63,829 nucleotides of DNA from the NCBI GenBank assembly GCA_001803565.1, contig MHDQ01000207.1, positions 1-63,829 on the forward strand, in the 5' to 3' direction. Origin of the DNA: Nitrospinae bacterium RIFCSPLOWO2_12_FULL_45_22. Its GTDB lineage: Bacteria > 2-12-FULL-45-22. Under the pieces are notes generated by a model. The model was not told where the DNA came from and searched no databases. It saw nothing but the letters and a program-made list of their open reading frames with translations. Shown in pieces: positions 42,892-52,592 of the stretch. How positions within the stretch are numbered: position 1 is the stretch's first letter; every line of letters starts with the position of its first letter. Both the position numbers and the translations under genes were made by a program.

Positions 42892-43260
42892 ATGGATAGA
42901 AAAAGCGCTTTAAAAAATCCTAGAAACGCTCGGAAAAAGAGAATTCGGAAAAAGCTTTTTGGTACTTCGGCTAGACCCAGGCTTACCGTTTATAAAAGTA
43001 ACAAACATATCTATGCCCAGATAATTGACGATCAGAGGGGGCATACCTTGGTGGCGGCTTCTAGCTTAGGTAAAGAATTTAAAGAGCAAAATAAGAAGGG
43101 AAGTAATATAGGAGGAGCTGAAATAGTTGGAAATCTCATAGCCTCTAAGGCCCTAAAGGAAAATATTGAGCGGGTAGTCTTTGATAGGAACGGGTTTCTC
43201 TACCATGGCCGGGTCAAAGCCCTAGCAGAGGCAGTAAGACAAAAGGGGATAAGTTTTTAA
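42892..43260 (+). CDS. rplR: 50S ribosomal protein L18
   Basis: RLTVYKSNKHIYAQIIDD and FDRNGFLYHGRVKALAE. Confidence 0.97.
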   Translation: MDRKSALKNPRNARKKRIRKKLFGTSARPRLTVYKSNKHIYAQIIDDQRGHTLVAASSLGKEFKEQNKKGSNIGGAEIVGNLIASKALKENIERVVFDRNGFLYHGRVKALAEAVRQKGISF

Positions 43261-43332
43261 GAGGCTTACTGCGACTATGGCTCTGAAAGGGCCATTTTTT
43301 CGTAAAAGATAACCAATATAAAGGAGGAGTTT

Positions 43333-43839
43333 TTGAATCTGCAGATTAGTGACGCTGGCCCAGTGGAATTGATAGATAAGATTGTCCATATTAGTAGAGT
43401 AGCAAAGGTAGTAAAGGGAGGACGCCGCTTCAGTTTTAGTGCCCTTGTAGTAGTGGGTGATAGACAAGGGAGGGTAGGAGTTGGATTAGGTAAAGCTAAT
43501 GAAGTGCCTGAGGCCATAAGGAAAGGTATTGAAAAAGCCAAAAAAGGTATGATCCAAATACCACTGGAGGAAGATACTATACCACATGAGGTAATAGGTC
43601 ATTTTGGTGCCAGCAAAGTTGTCTTAAAACCGGCTACTAAAGGGACCGGCTTAATTGCCGGTGGGGCTGTCAGGGCCGTTCTTGAAGTGGCAGGGGTGAG
43701 AAATATCTTGAGTAAATCTATAGGGGGAAAGAGCCCCCATAATGTTGTCAAAGCCACCCTCCATGGCTTACATAGTCTGAGGAGCCCGGAAGAGATAGCC
43801 CGGTTGCGGGGAAAGAGTCTAGCCGAAATCAGGGGATAA
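43333..43839 (+). CDS. rpsE: 30S ribosomal protein S5
   Basis: TTG start after [29 protein letters not shown]. Confidence 0.95.
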   Translation: MNLQISDAGPVELIDKIVHISRVAKVVKGGRRFSFSALVVVGDRQGRVGVGLGKANEVPEAIRKGIEKAKKGMIQIPLEEDTIPHEVIGHFGASKVVLKPATKGTGLIAGGAVRAVLEVAGVRNILSKSIGGKSPHNVVKATLHGLHSLRSPEEIARLRGKSLAEIRG

Positions 43840-43849
43840 TTAGTCAGCT

Positions 43850-44038
43850 ATGGCAAAGTATTTGGAAATAACATTAAAGCGTAGTGGCATAGGTAGACCC
43901 TGGAAGCATAAGGTGATATTGAAGAGCCTGGGGCTAACAAAATTAAACAAAACTGTTAGACTAGGAGACACCCTTAGTGTACGGGGGATGGTACAAAAGG
44001 TCTCCCATTTGTTAGAGGTTAAGGAAATAGGGAATTAG
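43850..44038 (+). CDS. rpmD: 50S ribosomal protein L30
   Basis: 62 aa. [23 protein letters not shown]. Confidence 0.95.
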   Translation: MAKYLEITLKRSGIGRPWKHKVILKSLGLTKLNKTVRLGDTLSVRGMVQKVSHLLEVKEIGN

Positions 44039-44042
44039 AAGA

Positions 44043-44483
44043 ATGGATTTAAGCAACTTAAATCCCCCCCAAGGGGCCAAAAAGAGGAAAAAGCGTGTAG
44101 GGCGGGGCTCTGGCTCCGGCCATGGGAAGACCAGTTGCCGGGGCAACAAGGGACAGAAATCCCGTTCAGGAGGGAAGATAGCCCCTTGGTTTGAAGGGGG
44201 ACAAATGCCCCTTCAACGCCGCATCCCTAAGAGAGGATTCAGAAACATATTTAAAAAGGAATACACCATCATTAATCTTAAAGATTTGAATATTTTTTCG
44301 GGGGACGAAGTAATAACTATCGAAAAGTTGCGCCAGCAGGGCCTGGTAAAGAAGATAAGAGATGGGGTAAAGGTGCTGGGGGAAGGAAAATTGGAGAAGC
44401 CCCTGGTTATAGAAGCCCATAAGTTCAGTAAATCTGCCACAGAAAAGATAATGGCGGTGGGTGGGACGGCGAAGGTAATCTGA
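44043..44483 (+). CDS. rplO: 50S ribosomal protein L15
   Basis: [27 protein letters not shown]. Confidence 0.97.
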   Translation: MDLSNLNPPQGAKKRKKRVGRGSGSGHGKTSCRGNKGQKSRSGGKIAPWFEGGQMPLQRRIPKRGFRNIFKKEYTIINLKDLNIFSGDEVITIEKLRQQGLVKKIRDGVKVLGEGKLEKPLVIEAHKFSKSATEKIMAVGGTAKVI

Positions 44484-44484
44484 G

Positions 44485-45798
44485 GTGATTGAGAGTTTTC
44501 GCAATATATTTAAGATCCCCGATTTGCAAAAAAGGGTCTTTTTTACCCTGGCCCTATTGGTGGTTTACCGGATAGGAGCTCATATCCCTACCCCAGGTAT
44601 AGATGGTCAGGCCTTGAGTGCCTTCTTTTCCCGGGCACAAGGGACTATCCTGAGCTTTATGGATATGTTTTCCGGGGGGGCTTTGGGCCGTTTAACCATC
44701 TTTGCCTTAGGGATCATGCCTTATATCAGTGCCTCAATTATCCTGGACTTACTTACTGTGGTCTTTCCTTTCTTAGAGAAACTTAAGAAAGAAGGGGAAC
44801 AAGGCAGGAAAAAGCTAACCCAGTATACCCGCTACAGTACGGTACTGATCAGTGCCATCCAGGCCTTCGGCATCAGTATCGGCTTAGAAAATATGACCAG
44901 CCCCGATGGGGCACCCATAGTTATGTTACCCGGATGGTCATTCCGCTTTACTACTGCTTTGACCCTGACGGCTGGTACTATCTTTATTATGTGGCTGGGA
45001 GAGCAAATTACTGAGCGGGGTATAGGTAATGGTATGTCGTTGATAATCTTTTCTGGTATAGTTACAGATATGCCGTCGGCTGCTATTAATACTATCCGGC
45101 TACTACGGACTGGTGAAATGAGTATTTTTTGGCTCCTGGGGCTATTAATCCTGATGGTAGTGGTTGTGGGGGTTATAGTCTTTATGGAGGCGGGCCATCG
45201 TAAGATCCCGATACAATATGCCAAGCGGGTAGTAGGACGGCGCATGTATGGAGGCCAGAGTACCCACCTTCCATTAAAGGTAAACACCTCAGGGGTCATC
45301 CCCCCTATCTTTGCCTCATCGGTAATCATGTTCCCTGCCACTATAGCCCAGTTTAGTGGCTTACCCTGGATGAATACAATATCGAGTTATTTATTGCCTG
45401 GCACCTGGGTATATACCATTCTCTTTGTAGGAGCTATCTTTTTCTTCTGTTATTTCTATACTGCCATAATATTTAACCCCGTAGATGTAGCAGACAATAT
45501 AAAGAAATACGGGGGCTTTATCCCGGGGAAGAGGCCCGGGAAATCTACGGCAGAATTTATAGATAAGACCCTGGCCAGAATAACTTTTGGCGGCGCAGTT
45601 TACTTATCAGCCATATGTGTCCTACCCGATTTCTTGTTTAAGTTTAATCCTAATATACCTTTTTATTATGGTGGGACTTCTTTATTGATTGTTGTTGGAG
45701 TGGCTATGGATACCATGCAGCAGATCGAGTCCCACTTAGTGATGCGTCATTACGAAGGGTTTATTAACAAGGGGCGATTGCGGGGTAGGCGAGGATAA
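44485..45798 (+). CDS. secY: Preprotein translocase subunit SecY
   Basis: 437 aa, 10 TM. GTG start. IFALGIMPYISASII motif. Confidence 0.97.
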   Translation: MIESFRNIFKIPDLQKRVFFTLALLVVYRIGAHIPTPGIDGQALSAFFSRAQGTILSFMDMFSGGALGRLTIFALGIMPYISASIILDLLTVVFPFLEKLKKEGEQGRKKLTQYTRYSTVLISAIQAFGISIGLENMTSPDGAPIVMLPGWSFRFTTALTLTAGTIFIMWLGEQITERGIGNGMSLIIFSGIVTDMPSAAINTIRLLRTGEMSIFWLLGLLILMVVVVGVIVFMEAGHRKIPIQYAKRVVGRRMYGGQSTHLPLKVNTSGVIPPIFASSVIMFPATIAQFSGLPWMNTISSYLLPGTWVYTILFVGAIFFFCYFYTAIIFNPVDVADNIKKYGGFIPGKRPGKSTAEFIDKTLARITFGGAVYLSAICVLPDFLFKFNPNIPFYYGGTSLLIVVGVAMDTMQQIESHLVMRHYEGFINKGRLRGRRG

Positions 45799-45800
45799 TA

Positions 45801-45832
45801 ATTGGCCACTGGTCATTAGTCATTGGCCATGG
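45801..45832. repeat. STRR-like heptamer repeat (secY|adk junction)
   Basis: ATTGGCCACTGGTCATTAGTCATTGGCCATGG. GGTCATT/AGTCATT 7-mers flanked by TGGCCA palindromes. Confidence 0.7.
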
Positions 45833-45891
45833 AGAAAACTAAAGCGTAGTGGCAGATCCGGGTACCCCCTGGGTGCTGCAAGGGAGAGACG

Positions 45892-46545
45892 ATGCGCTTA
45901 ATCTTATTCGGGCCACCTGGTGCTGGTAAAGGTACCCAGGCAAAACTCCTGGGCCAGCGATATGGCATACCCCAGGTCTCTACGGGTGATATTTTACGCG
46001 AAGCGATAAAAAAAGGTACTCCATTGGGGTTAGAGGCAAAGGGCTATATGGATAGGGGGGCATTAGTGCCCGACCGAGTCGTGATAGGGATTATTGAAGA
46101 GAGGCTCCAGGATAGAGATTGTGCTAAAGGATTTATACTGGATGGTTTTCCCAGGACTATAGCCCAGGCAGAGGCCCTTTCCCTGGCCCTGAAGCGATTG
46201 AGGAGAGATTTAGATTGTGTTATTAATATCAATATAGATCATGAAGAATTATGGAAAAGATTAACTGGCCGAAGGGTATGCTGCAAGTGTGGAGAGGAAT
46301 TCAATATTTATTATAAAAAGCCTTCCCAGGATAATATTTGCGATAAATGCGGGTCGGGATTAATCCAACGGGACGATGATCAAGAGGCTACTATTGAGAA
46401 TAGGCTCAGGGTTTATAAAGAGCAGACCGAACCTTTACTGGGTTATTACCAGAAAGAAAATAAGCTAAAAACGGCAGCCGGCCAGGGGGATATTCCTTCT
46501 GTTTCCCAAAAGATATACCAGATTCTAGAAGAGAATGGTCTCTAA
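45892..46545 (+). CDS. adk: Adenylate kinase (Cys4 zinc lid form)
   Basis: GPPGAGKGTQ P-loop. Lid CCKCGEEF...CDKCG. Confidence 0.97.
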   Translation: MRLILFGPPGAGKGTQAKLLGQRYGIPQVSTGDILREAIKKGTPLGLEAKGYMDRGALVPDRVVIGIIEERLQDRDCAKGFILDGFPRTIAQAEALSLALKRLRRDLDCVININIDHEELWKRLTGRRVCCKCGEEFNIYYKKPSQDNICDKCGSGLIQRDDDQEATIENRLRVYKEQTEPLLGYYQKENKLKTAAGQGDIPSVSQKIYQILEENGL

Positions 46546-46615
46546 TTATTAAAAACCTTTGTACTGCTTTGTAAGCCTGAGGTCAGGGGGATAGTTCCTT
46601 TATACCTTGAAACCA

Positions 46616-47380
46616 ATGATTATCCTACGATCAGAAAGGGAGATTGCAAAGCTGAGAGCAAGTAATAGATTGGTAGCGGAGGTCTTAAACGAGGTAAAAA
46701 ACGCTATTAGGGTGGGGATAACTACTAAGGAATTGAATGACTTAGCTGATTCCCTCCTCAGGGCCAGAGATGCTATACCTGCCTTCAAGGGCTACCGGGG
46801 CTTTCCTATGACCCTATGTACATCGCTTAATGAAGAAGTTGTTCATGGGATTCCATCTAACCGGAAACTAAAAGAAGGAGATATTGTTAGCCTGGACCTG
46901 GGAGCGATATACCAGGGGTATTATGGTGATGCAGCCCTAACAGTAGGGATAGGTGAGATATCCCCCGAGGCGAAAAAACTTCTGGAGGTAACAGAGCAGG
47001 CCTTATATATCGGGATTGCAGAGAGCCGGGAAGGGAATTATCTTTCCGATATTTCTCATGCCATTCAGAGCTACGTAGAGAGTTTTGGGTTTTCTGTAGT
47101 GAGGGCGTTTGTAGGTCACGGCATCGGCACATCCCTGCATGAAGACCCGCAGGTGCCAAATTTTGGCACCCCCGGTCGAGGGCCAAGGTTAAGAGTAGGG
47201 ATGGTATTTTGTATCGAGCCAATGGTAAATATCGGGGGTAGCGAGGTAAATATTCTATCAGATAACTGGACCGTTGTTACTGCAGATCGTTCTTTATCAG
47301 CCCATTTTGAACATACTGTAGCTATAACCCATAATGGGGCAGAGGTTTTGACAAGACTCCATGAAGACTCGAGAGAATGA
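46616..47380 (+). CDS. map: Methionine aminopeptidase type I
   Basis: VHGIP, DLGA..GYYGD, HGIG and EPM metal-site motifs. ATG at 46616 is preferred over TTG at 46607. Confidence 0.95.
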   Translation: MIILRSEREIAKLRASNRLVAEVLNEVKNAIRVGITTKELNDLADSLLRARDAIPAFKGYRGFPMTLCTSLNEEVVHGIPSNRKLKEGDIVSLDLGAIYQGYYGDAALTVGIGEISPEAKKLLEVTEQALYIGIAESREGNYLSDISHAIQSYVESFGFSVVRAFVGHGIGTSLHEDPQVPNFGTPGRGPRLRVGMVFCIEPMVNIGGSEVNILSDNWTVVTADRSLSAHFEHTVAITHNGAEVLTRLHEDSRE

Positions 47381-47412
47381 AAAAAAGGGACTCTACGAGT
47401 AAAAAATCTGTT

Positions 47413-47631
47413 ATGGAAAAAGAGGAAGCCATTGAGGTGGAGGGGACGGTGATCGAACCTTTACCTAATGCTATGTTCCGGGTGGAGCTAGGTAATGGCC
47501 ACCGGGTGTTGGCCCATATATCAGGAAAGATGAGGATGCATTTCATTAGGATACTTCCTGGAGATAAAGTCAAGGTAGAATTGTCTCCATATGACCTTTC
47601 CCGGGGCCGAATAACCTATAGGTACAAGTAA
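47413..47631 (+). CDS. infA: Translation initiation factor IF-1
   Basis: 72 aa from ATG at 47413, [26 protein letters not shown]...RITYRYK. The track start at 47377 is an extension. Confidence 0.93.
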   Translation: MEKEEAIEVEGTVIEPLPNAMFRVELGNGHRVLAHISGKMRMHFIRILPGDKVKVELSPYDLSRGRITYRYK

Positions 47632-47637
47632 TCAGCC

Positions 47638-47751
47638 ATGAAAGTAAAAGCATCAGTAAAACCTATTTGTAATAGGTGTAAAGTAATTAGGCGAAATGGG
47701 GTAGTACGCATAATTTGCCAAAAACCCAAGCATAAACAAAGACAGGGATAG
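47638..47751 (+). CDS. rpmJ: 50S ribosomal protein L36 (zinc-binding form); absent from the ORF track (below its size cutoff)
   Basis: My own translation gives [37 protein letters not shown] followed by TAG. Canonical position between infA and rpsM. Confidence 0.93.
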   Translation: MKVKASVKPICNRCKVIRRNGVVRIICQKPKHKQRQG

Positions 47752-47756
47752 AGAAT

Positions 47757-47823
47757 AATAAAGCGTAAAACGTAAAGCTAAGGAATAATTCCCTTAGTTT
47801 TACCCCTGGTACTTTACGCTTTG
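47757..47823 (+). repeat. Family-1 palindromic intergenic element, copy E (rpmJ|rpsM junction)
   Basis: ATAAAGCGTAAAACGTAAAGCTAAGGAATAATTCCCTTAGTTTTACCCCTGGTACTTTACGCTTTG. Confidence 0.85.
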
Positions 47824-47844
47824 AGCTTAGAAGAGGGGTGTAAA

Positions 47845-48216
47845 TTGGCACGAATTGCAGGGGTAGATATACCAAAACAGAAAAGAGTAGAAATAGCCCT
47901 TACCTATATCTATGGTATAGGCTTAAGCTCAGCGAAAAAAATACTGAAAGAGACTGCTATAAACCCTGATACCCGGGTAAAAGACCTGGAGGAACAAGAA
48001 ATTACCAAATTAAGAGATCTTATAGAAAGGAATTATGTTGTTGAAGGAGATTTAAGGAGGTCAGTATCTTTCGACATTAAGCGGCTAATGGATATTGGTT
48101 CTTATCGCGGTATCCGGCATCGTAAAGGGTTACCGGTTAGGGGGCAACGGACTAGTACCAATGCCCGAACAAGGAAGGGACCCAGGAGGACCGTTGGGGC
48201 CAAGAAGAAGAAATAA
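47845..48216 (+). CDS. rpsM: 30S ribosomal protein S13
   Basis: (M)[28 protein letters not shown] at 47845 after AGAGGGG. The track start at 47821 lies in the repeat. Confidence 0.95.
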   Translation: MARIAGVDIPKQKRVEIALTYIYGIGLSSAKKILKETAINPDTRVKDLEEQEITKLRDLIERNYVVEGDLRRSVSFDIKRLMDIGSYRGIRHRKGLPVRGQRTSTNARTRKGPRRTVGAKKKK

Positions 48217-48228
48217 GGGAGGTATTGG

Positions 48229-48627
48229 ATGGCAGAAGGGGATAAGCGTAAGGGAACCAAGAAGAAAAAAGAAAAAAGAGTAATCGGTGAAGGTATTGCC
48301 CATATCCAATCTACTTTTAATAATACCATTATTACTATCACTGATATGGGAGGCAACGTAGTAGCTTGGGCAAGTGCTGGTACCCAGGGCTTTAAAGGGT
48401 CGAGAAAGAGTACTCCTTTTGCCGCACAGGTGGCGGCAGAAAGTGCCGCTAAAAAAGCCATTGACCTTGGAGTAAAGAAGATCAATATATACGTTAAAGG
48501 GCCGGGTTCAGGAAGAGAATCAGCCATCAGATCTCTCCAGGCCGCGGGGTTAGAAGTAAATCTTATTAGGGACGTAACCCCTATACCCCATAATGGCTGC
48601 CGTCCCCCCAAGCGGAGGAGGGTCTAG
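48229..48627 (+). CDS. rpsK: 30S ribosomal protein S11
   Basis: [18 protein letters not shown] and [15 protein letters not shown]. Confidence 0.97.
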   Translation: MAEGDKRKGTKKKKEKRVIGEGIAHIQSTFNNTIITITDMGGNVVAWASAGTQGFKGSRKSTPFAAQVAAESAAKKAIDLGVKKINIYVKGPGSGRESAIRSLQAAGLEVNLIRDVTPIPHNGCRPPKRRRV

Positions 48628-49253
48628 TGGCTAGATATAGAGAATCCGTTTGCCGCTTCTGTCGGCGAGAAGGGATGAAGCTCTTCCTTAAAGGGGAGCG
48701 TTGTTTGGCGGATAAATGTGCTATAGACCGAAGAAATTATCCCCCTGGTCAGCACGGCCAGAGGAGACCAAAGCTATCAGAATACGGCTTGCAACTGAGA
48801 GAAAAGCAGAAGGTAAAGAGGTATTATGGGCTGCTAGAGAGACAGTTCAAGAACTCCTTTTACCAAGCAGAAAGGCAAAGGGGCATTACGGGCGAGGAAC
48901 TCCTCTCCCTTTTAGAAAGACGGTTAGATAATGTCGTGTACCGGGCTGGTCTCCTACCTTCCAGGAAATTGGCCCGGCAATTTGTTTGCCAGAATCATTT
49001 TATGGTAAATAACAAAAAAGTTGATATACCTTCTTATTTAGTAAAAATAGGAGATATTATCCGGGTAAAGGAGTCCAGTAAGGAAAATGAATATATAAAA
49101 GAGGCCCCCCGAAGGGCTGACCAACGGGGTATCCCAGAATGGTTAAGCCTCGATAAAGATAGGCTAGAAGTAATAATTCAAGATAAGCCTAACAAAGGAC
49201 ATATACCCATAAATATCAACGAGCAATTGATCGTAGGGCTATATTCTAAATAA
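48627..49253 (+). CDS. rpsD: 30S ribosomal protein S4 (Cys-containing N-terminal zinc form)
   Basis: GTG start. ARYRESVCRFCRREGMKLFLKGERCLADKC. Confidence 0.97.
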   Translation: MARYRESVCRFCRREGMKLFLKGERCLADKCAIDRRNYPPGQHGQRRPKLSEYGLQLREKQKVKRYYGLLERQFKNSFYQAERQRGITGEELLSLLERRLDNVVYRAGLLPSRKLARQFVCQNHFMVNNKKVDIPSYLVKIGDIIRVKESSKENEYIKEAPRRADQRGIPEWLSLDKDRLEVIIQDKPNKGHIPININEQLIVGLYSK

Positions 49254-49273
49254 GAAGGGGGAAAGAATAATAT

Positions 49274-50302
49274 ATGATAAAAGGTCTATTAAAACCCAAG
49301 AGATTGGAATGTGATCAGAATACCTCAACGGATACTTATGGCAGATTTATTGTTGAGCCTCTGGAACGGGGCTTTGGAGTGACACTAGGCAATTTATTCC
49401 GGAGGGTCCTCCTCTCTTCCTTACCTGGTGCAGCGGTTACTAGAGTAAAGATTAAAGAGGTGTATCACGAATTCTCTACCGTTCCCGGAGTATTAGAGGA
49501 TGTGACTGAGATGATCCTTAATATGAAGCAACTGTTAGTTAAATTAAAGGTTGAATCCCCTAAAACCTTATACTTAAAAGCAAAGGGGGCAAAGGAAGTT
49601 ACAGCAAAAGATATAATGCCTGATGAAGATGTGGAAATCCTTAATCCTAACCTCCATATTGCTACCCTTAACCGAGAGGCTAAGTTGGAGATGGAGTTGA
49701 TGGTTAAGCCAGGGAGGAGTTATGTCGTGGCTGAAATGAATCAGGAAGAAGACGCCCTGGCCCAAGATCAAAACCAAAATGGTTATTGGATTCCACTAGA
49801 TGCGGTATTTTCTCCGGTCAGAAAGGCTAATTTTACGGTAGAAAATACCCGGGTAGGTCAGTCTACGGATTATGATAGGCTAATTTTAGAAGTGACTACT
49901 AATGGCAGTATGTCTCCAGAAGATGCCATTATCTATGCGGCTTCTATCGTAAAAGACCAGCTAGAGGTATTTACCAGTTTTAAAGAGAAACCAGAACCGG
50001 AGAAGCGAGAGGTTGATGAGACCCAGGCCAGGATGGTAGCCAATTTGGATAAGAATATAGATGAGTTAGAGCTATCTGTAAGATCCTATAACTGCTTAAT
50101 AAATTCTAATATTACTACTATCAGAGAGCTAATTCAAAAAAACGAGCAAGATATCCTCAAAACCAGAAATTTTGGCCGGAAATCTCTTAATGAGATAAAA
50201 GAGGTTTTAACTGGGCTGGGCCTGTCTCTAGGTATGAGTTCAGAAGAGATAGCGGCCATAGAAGAGCAATATGCCCAGAAGAAGAGTAGGGAGGAATTTT
50301 AA
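49274..50302 (+). CDS. rpoA: DNA-directed RNA polymerase subunit alpha
   Basis: [21 protein letters not shown] and [15 protein letters not shown]. Confidence 0.97.
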   Translation: MIKGLLKPKRLECDQNTSTDTYGRFIVEPLERGFGVTLGNLFRRVLLSSLPGAAVTRVKIKEVYHEFSTVPGVLEDVTEMILNMKQLLVKLKVESPKTLYLKAKGAKEVTAKDIMPDEDVEILNPNLHIATLNREAKLEMELMVKPGRSYVVAEMNQEEDALAQDQNQNGYWIPLDAVFSPVRKANFTVENTRVGQSTDYDRLILEVTTNGSMSPEDAIIYAASIVKDQLEVFTSFKEKPEPEKREVDETQARMVANLDKNIDELELSVRSYNCLINSNITTIRELIQKNEQDILKTRNFGRKSLNEIKEVLTGLGLSLGMSSEEIAAIEEQYAQKKSREEF

Positions 50303-50670
50303 TGCGCCACCGAAAGGCGAGAGGGAAGTTAGGCCGTAACGCTAGCCACCGGGTAGCCCTTATAGCAAACCTCCTAGCCGCCTTGATAACCCATGAACGG
50401 ATAAGGACTACTCAGGTTAAGGCCAAAGTCCTGAAGCCAATAGCTGATAAGATGATAACTTTGGCCAAGCAAGGGGATTTACATGCTCGCCGCCAGGCCG
50501 TGCAAGTAGTTAGGGATAAAAAAGCCGTCAAGAAGTTATTTGATATTTTGGGGCAGCGTTACGGCACGAGGAATGGGGGTTATACCCGGATATATCAACT
50601 TCCCCCTCGCCACGGTGACTGTGCCCCTATGGCTCTTATAGAATGGGTAGATAGACCAGAAACCAAATAA
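50302..50670 (+). CDS. rplQ: 50S ribosomal protein L17
   Basis: [18 protein letters not shown]-terminus. Last gene of the alpha operon. Confidence 0.97.
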   Translation: MRHRKARGKLGRNASHRVALIANLLAALITHERIRTTQVKAKVLKPIADKMITLAKQGDLHARRQAVQVVRDKKAVKKLFDILGQRYGTRNGGYTRIYQLPPRHGDCAPMALIEWVDRPETK

Positions 50671-50671
50671 A

Positions 50672-50727
50672 CCGTGTCCGTGTTCCGTGTCCGTTTTATG
50701 CGGTCACGCCCCAGGGGCACGGACACG
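50672..50727. terminator. Candidate bidirectional hairpin between convergent rplQ and the acyl-CoA dehydrogenase gene
   Basis: CGTGTCCGTG (50673-50682), with a second copy CGTGTCCGT at 50686-50694, is complementary to CACGGACACG (50718-50727). On the minus strand the stem is followed by GTTTATTT. The loop is long, so this is not a textbook intrinsic terminator. Confidence 0.4.
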
Positions 50728-50733
50728 AAGAAA

Positions 50734-51873
50734 TTAAAGGCCCAGTTCCCTTGCGATTACCACCTGCTGGATTTCAGAGGTGCCCTCGGTAATAGTAAAC
50801 ATCTTGGCATCACGGAAATAGCGTTGCACGGGATATTCCATCATATAGCCATAACCCCCATGTAGTTGTACTGCCTCGGCTGTTACCCACTGCACCATCT
50901 CTGTAGCAAAAAGCTTTACCATAGAGGCTTCTTTCATGCATTCTATTCCTTGATCTAGCATCCAGGCGGCTCTAAAGGTAAAAGTACGGGCTGCTTCAAT
51001 GGCGGTGGCCATTTTAGCCAATTTGAACTGGTTGGCTTGAAACTTGCCAATAGGTTGACCGAATTGGACCCGCTCTTTAGCATATTGCAAGGCGGCTTCG
51101 AAGGCTGCTTGCGCTACCCCTACTGACCGGGCACCATAGATTATCCGGCCACTTTTTAAGGCCCCTACAATATAACCAAACCCTCTATTCTCTTCCCCGA
51201 TCAGGTTCTCTTTAGGTATCCGGCAGTCCTCGAAGACCAGCTCCCCGGTATCAGAAGAACGGTTCCCCAGCTTTTTCAACTTGCGGGCTATAGTAAACCC
51301 CGGTGTGCCCCTTTCTAGCACTAATAGACTGATACCTTTAGTCCCCCGGCTCTTGTCAGTATAAGCTGCTACCAATACAAAGTCGGCAATAGTACCATTG
51401 GTAATAAAGATTTTGCTGCCATTAACGATATAGCTGTCACCATCTTTACGGGCCGTTGTTTGAATGCTAGATATATCTGAACCGGCATTGGGCTCGGTTA
51501 ATCCTAATGCTGCGATCTTTTCTCCTTTAATGGCCGGCACTAAAAGCCGCTGTTTCTGTTCTTCTGTACCATGATAAAAGATGGCTTCAGTAGCTAACCC
51601 GGACTGGACCATCAGACCGGAGGCTATACCAGCACAAACCCTATTCAGTTCTTCTATATAGATACATTCAGATATCTTATCAAACCCTGGGCCACCATAT
51701 TTCTCTGGGTACCTTATACCCAGGTAACCCAGTTTACCCATCTTGGGGAAGAGCTCCACCGGGAATTCTTCTTTCTCCTCTGCCTCTTCTACTTGAGGGT
51801 CAATCTCTTTCTCGGCAAAGTCCCTGATAGCCCGCTGAAACATCTGGTGTTCATCACTCAGCGTAAAGTCCAT
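50734..51873 (-). CDS. Acyl-CoA dehydrogenase (short/branched-chain type)
   Basis: 379 aa. ALGLTEPNAGSD and catalytic-base region ITEGTSEIQ. Confidence 0.9.
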   Translation of the reverse strand: MDFTLSDEHQMFQRAIRDFAEKEIDPQVEEAEEKEEFPVELFPKMGKLGYLGIRYPEKYGGPGFDKISECIYIEELNRVCAGIASGLMVQSGLATEAIFYHGTEEQKQRLLVPAIKGEKIAALGLTEPNAGSDISSIQTTARKDGDSYIVNGSKIFITNGTIADFVLVAAYTDKSRGTKGISLLVLERGTPGFTIARKLKKLGNRSSDTGELVFEDCRIPKENLIGEENRGFGYIVGALKSGRIIYGARSVGVAQAAFEAALQYAKERVQFGQPIGKFQANQFKLAKMATAIEAARTFTFRAAWMLDQGIECMKEASMVKLFATEMVQWVTAEAVQLHGGYGYMMEYPVQRYFRDAKMFTITEGTSEIQQVVIARELGL

Positions 51874-51926
51874 AAATAACCCCTCTCCTTTTAGCTTTCT
51901 ACTAATATGACTTTGTCAAATTAGAT

Positions 51927-52060
51927 AAATTCTAAACTCGAAATCCTAAAATCCTAAACAAATTCAAATGACCTAAATTCAAAACAGATAAAATAGTTTT
52001 GAGATTTGGCCTTGGGATTTTGATATTGTTTAGGATTTAGTGTTCAGGATTTAGAATTTG
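51927..52060. repeat. About 134-bp inverted-repeat element built from TAAAATCC/GGATTTAG-type 8-mers
   Basis: Left arm AAATTCTAAACTCGAAATCCTAAAATCCTAAACAAATTCAAA. Right arm TTTGATATTGTTTAGGATTTAGTGTTCAGGATTTAGAATTTG. About 50-nt spacer. Confidence 0.7.
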
Positions 52061-52095
52061 TTCAGTTGTCTTGGTATTCAGTAACTGTGACAATG

Positions 52096-52497
52096 TCAAG
52101 CTACATTTTCTTTGATAAACTCAATAATCTTTCCTGTGGGAGTCCCAGGTCCAAATATCTCTTTTAATCCCAGCGACTTTAGGGCCGGGATGTCAATGGG
52201 AGGGATCGTACCACCTACTACTACCACAACATTGTCTTTTTTACTCTTTTTTAGTAGCTCCATAAATTTGGGTACAATGACATCATGGGCACCAGAGAGC
52301 ATACTCAACCCTATTACATCTACATCTTCCTGGATGGCGGTTGCTATAATCTGTTCACTGGTCTGATGCAACCCGCTATATATGACCTCCATACCAGCAT
52401 CCCGTAAGGACATGGCTACTACTCTAGCACCCCGATCATGACCATCCAACCCCGGCTTGGCCACCAAAACCTTTATCCTTTTTCCCTTCTCCATCAC
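52096..52497 (-). CDS. B12-binding small subunit of a split acyl-CoA mutase
   Basis: 133 aa. Cobalamin-binding DxHxxG motif (GLDGHDRGA) and flavodoxin-like fold. The start is GTG at 52497 or ATG at 52494. Confidence 0.88.
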   Translation of the reverse strand: MMEKGKRIKVLVAKPGLDGHDRGARVVAMSLRDAGMEVIYSGLHQTSEQIIATAIQEDVDVIGLSMLSGAHDVIVPKFMELLKKSKKDNVVVVVGGTIPPIDIPALKSLGLKEIFGPGTPTGKIIEFIKENVA

Positions 52498-52513
52498 CTA
52501 TCTTCTCCCCGAT

Positions 52514-52590
52514 ATTGGTTAATGGTCATTAGTCATTTTAGGCCATTCCACCTCCATATTCCAATGACCAGTGACTAATGACCAATGACT
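52514..52590. repeat. STRR-like heptamer inverted repeat between the mutase subunit genes
   Basis: TTGGTTAATGGTCATTAGTCATT ... CCAATGACCAGTGACTAATGACCAATGAC. The arms are complementary and the 7-mer unit is NNRGTCA. Confidence 0.8.
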
Positions 52591-52592
52591 TC

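Noticed and set aside
43875-43889. 15-nt identity TAAAGCGTAGTGGCA between the rpmD coding sequence (43875-43889) and the secY|adk spacer (45840-45854), suggesting a duplicated L30 fragment.
   Set aside because: A 15-mer match is close to what chance allows in a window of this size when both strands are considered. Similarity does not extend convincingly beyond it.
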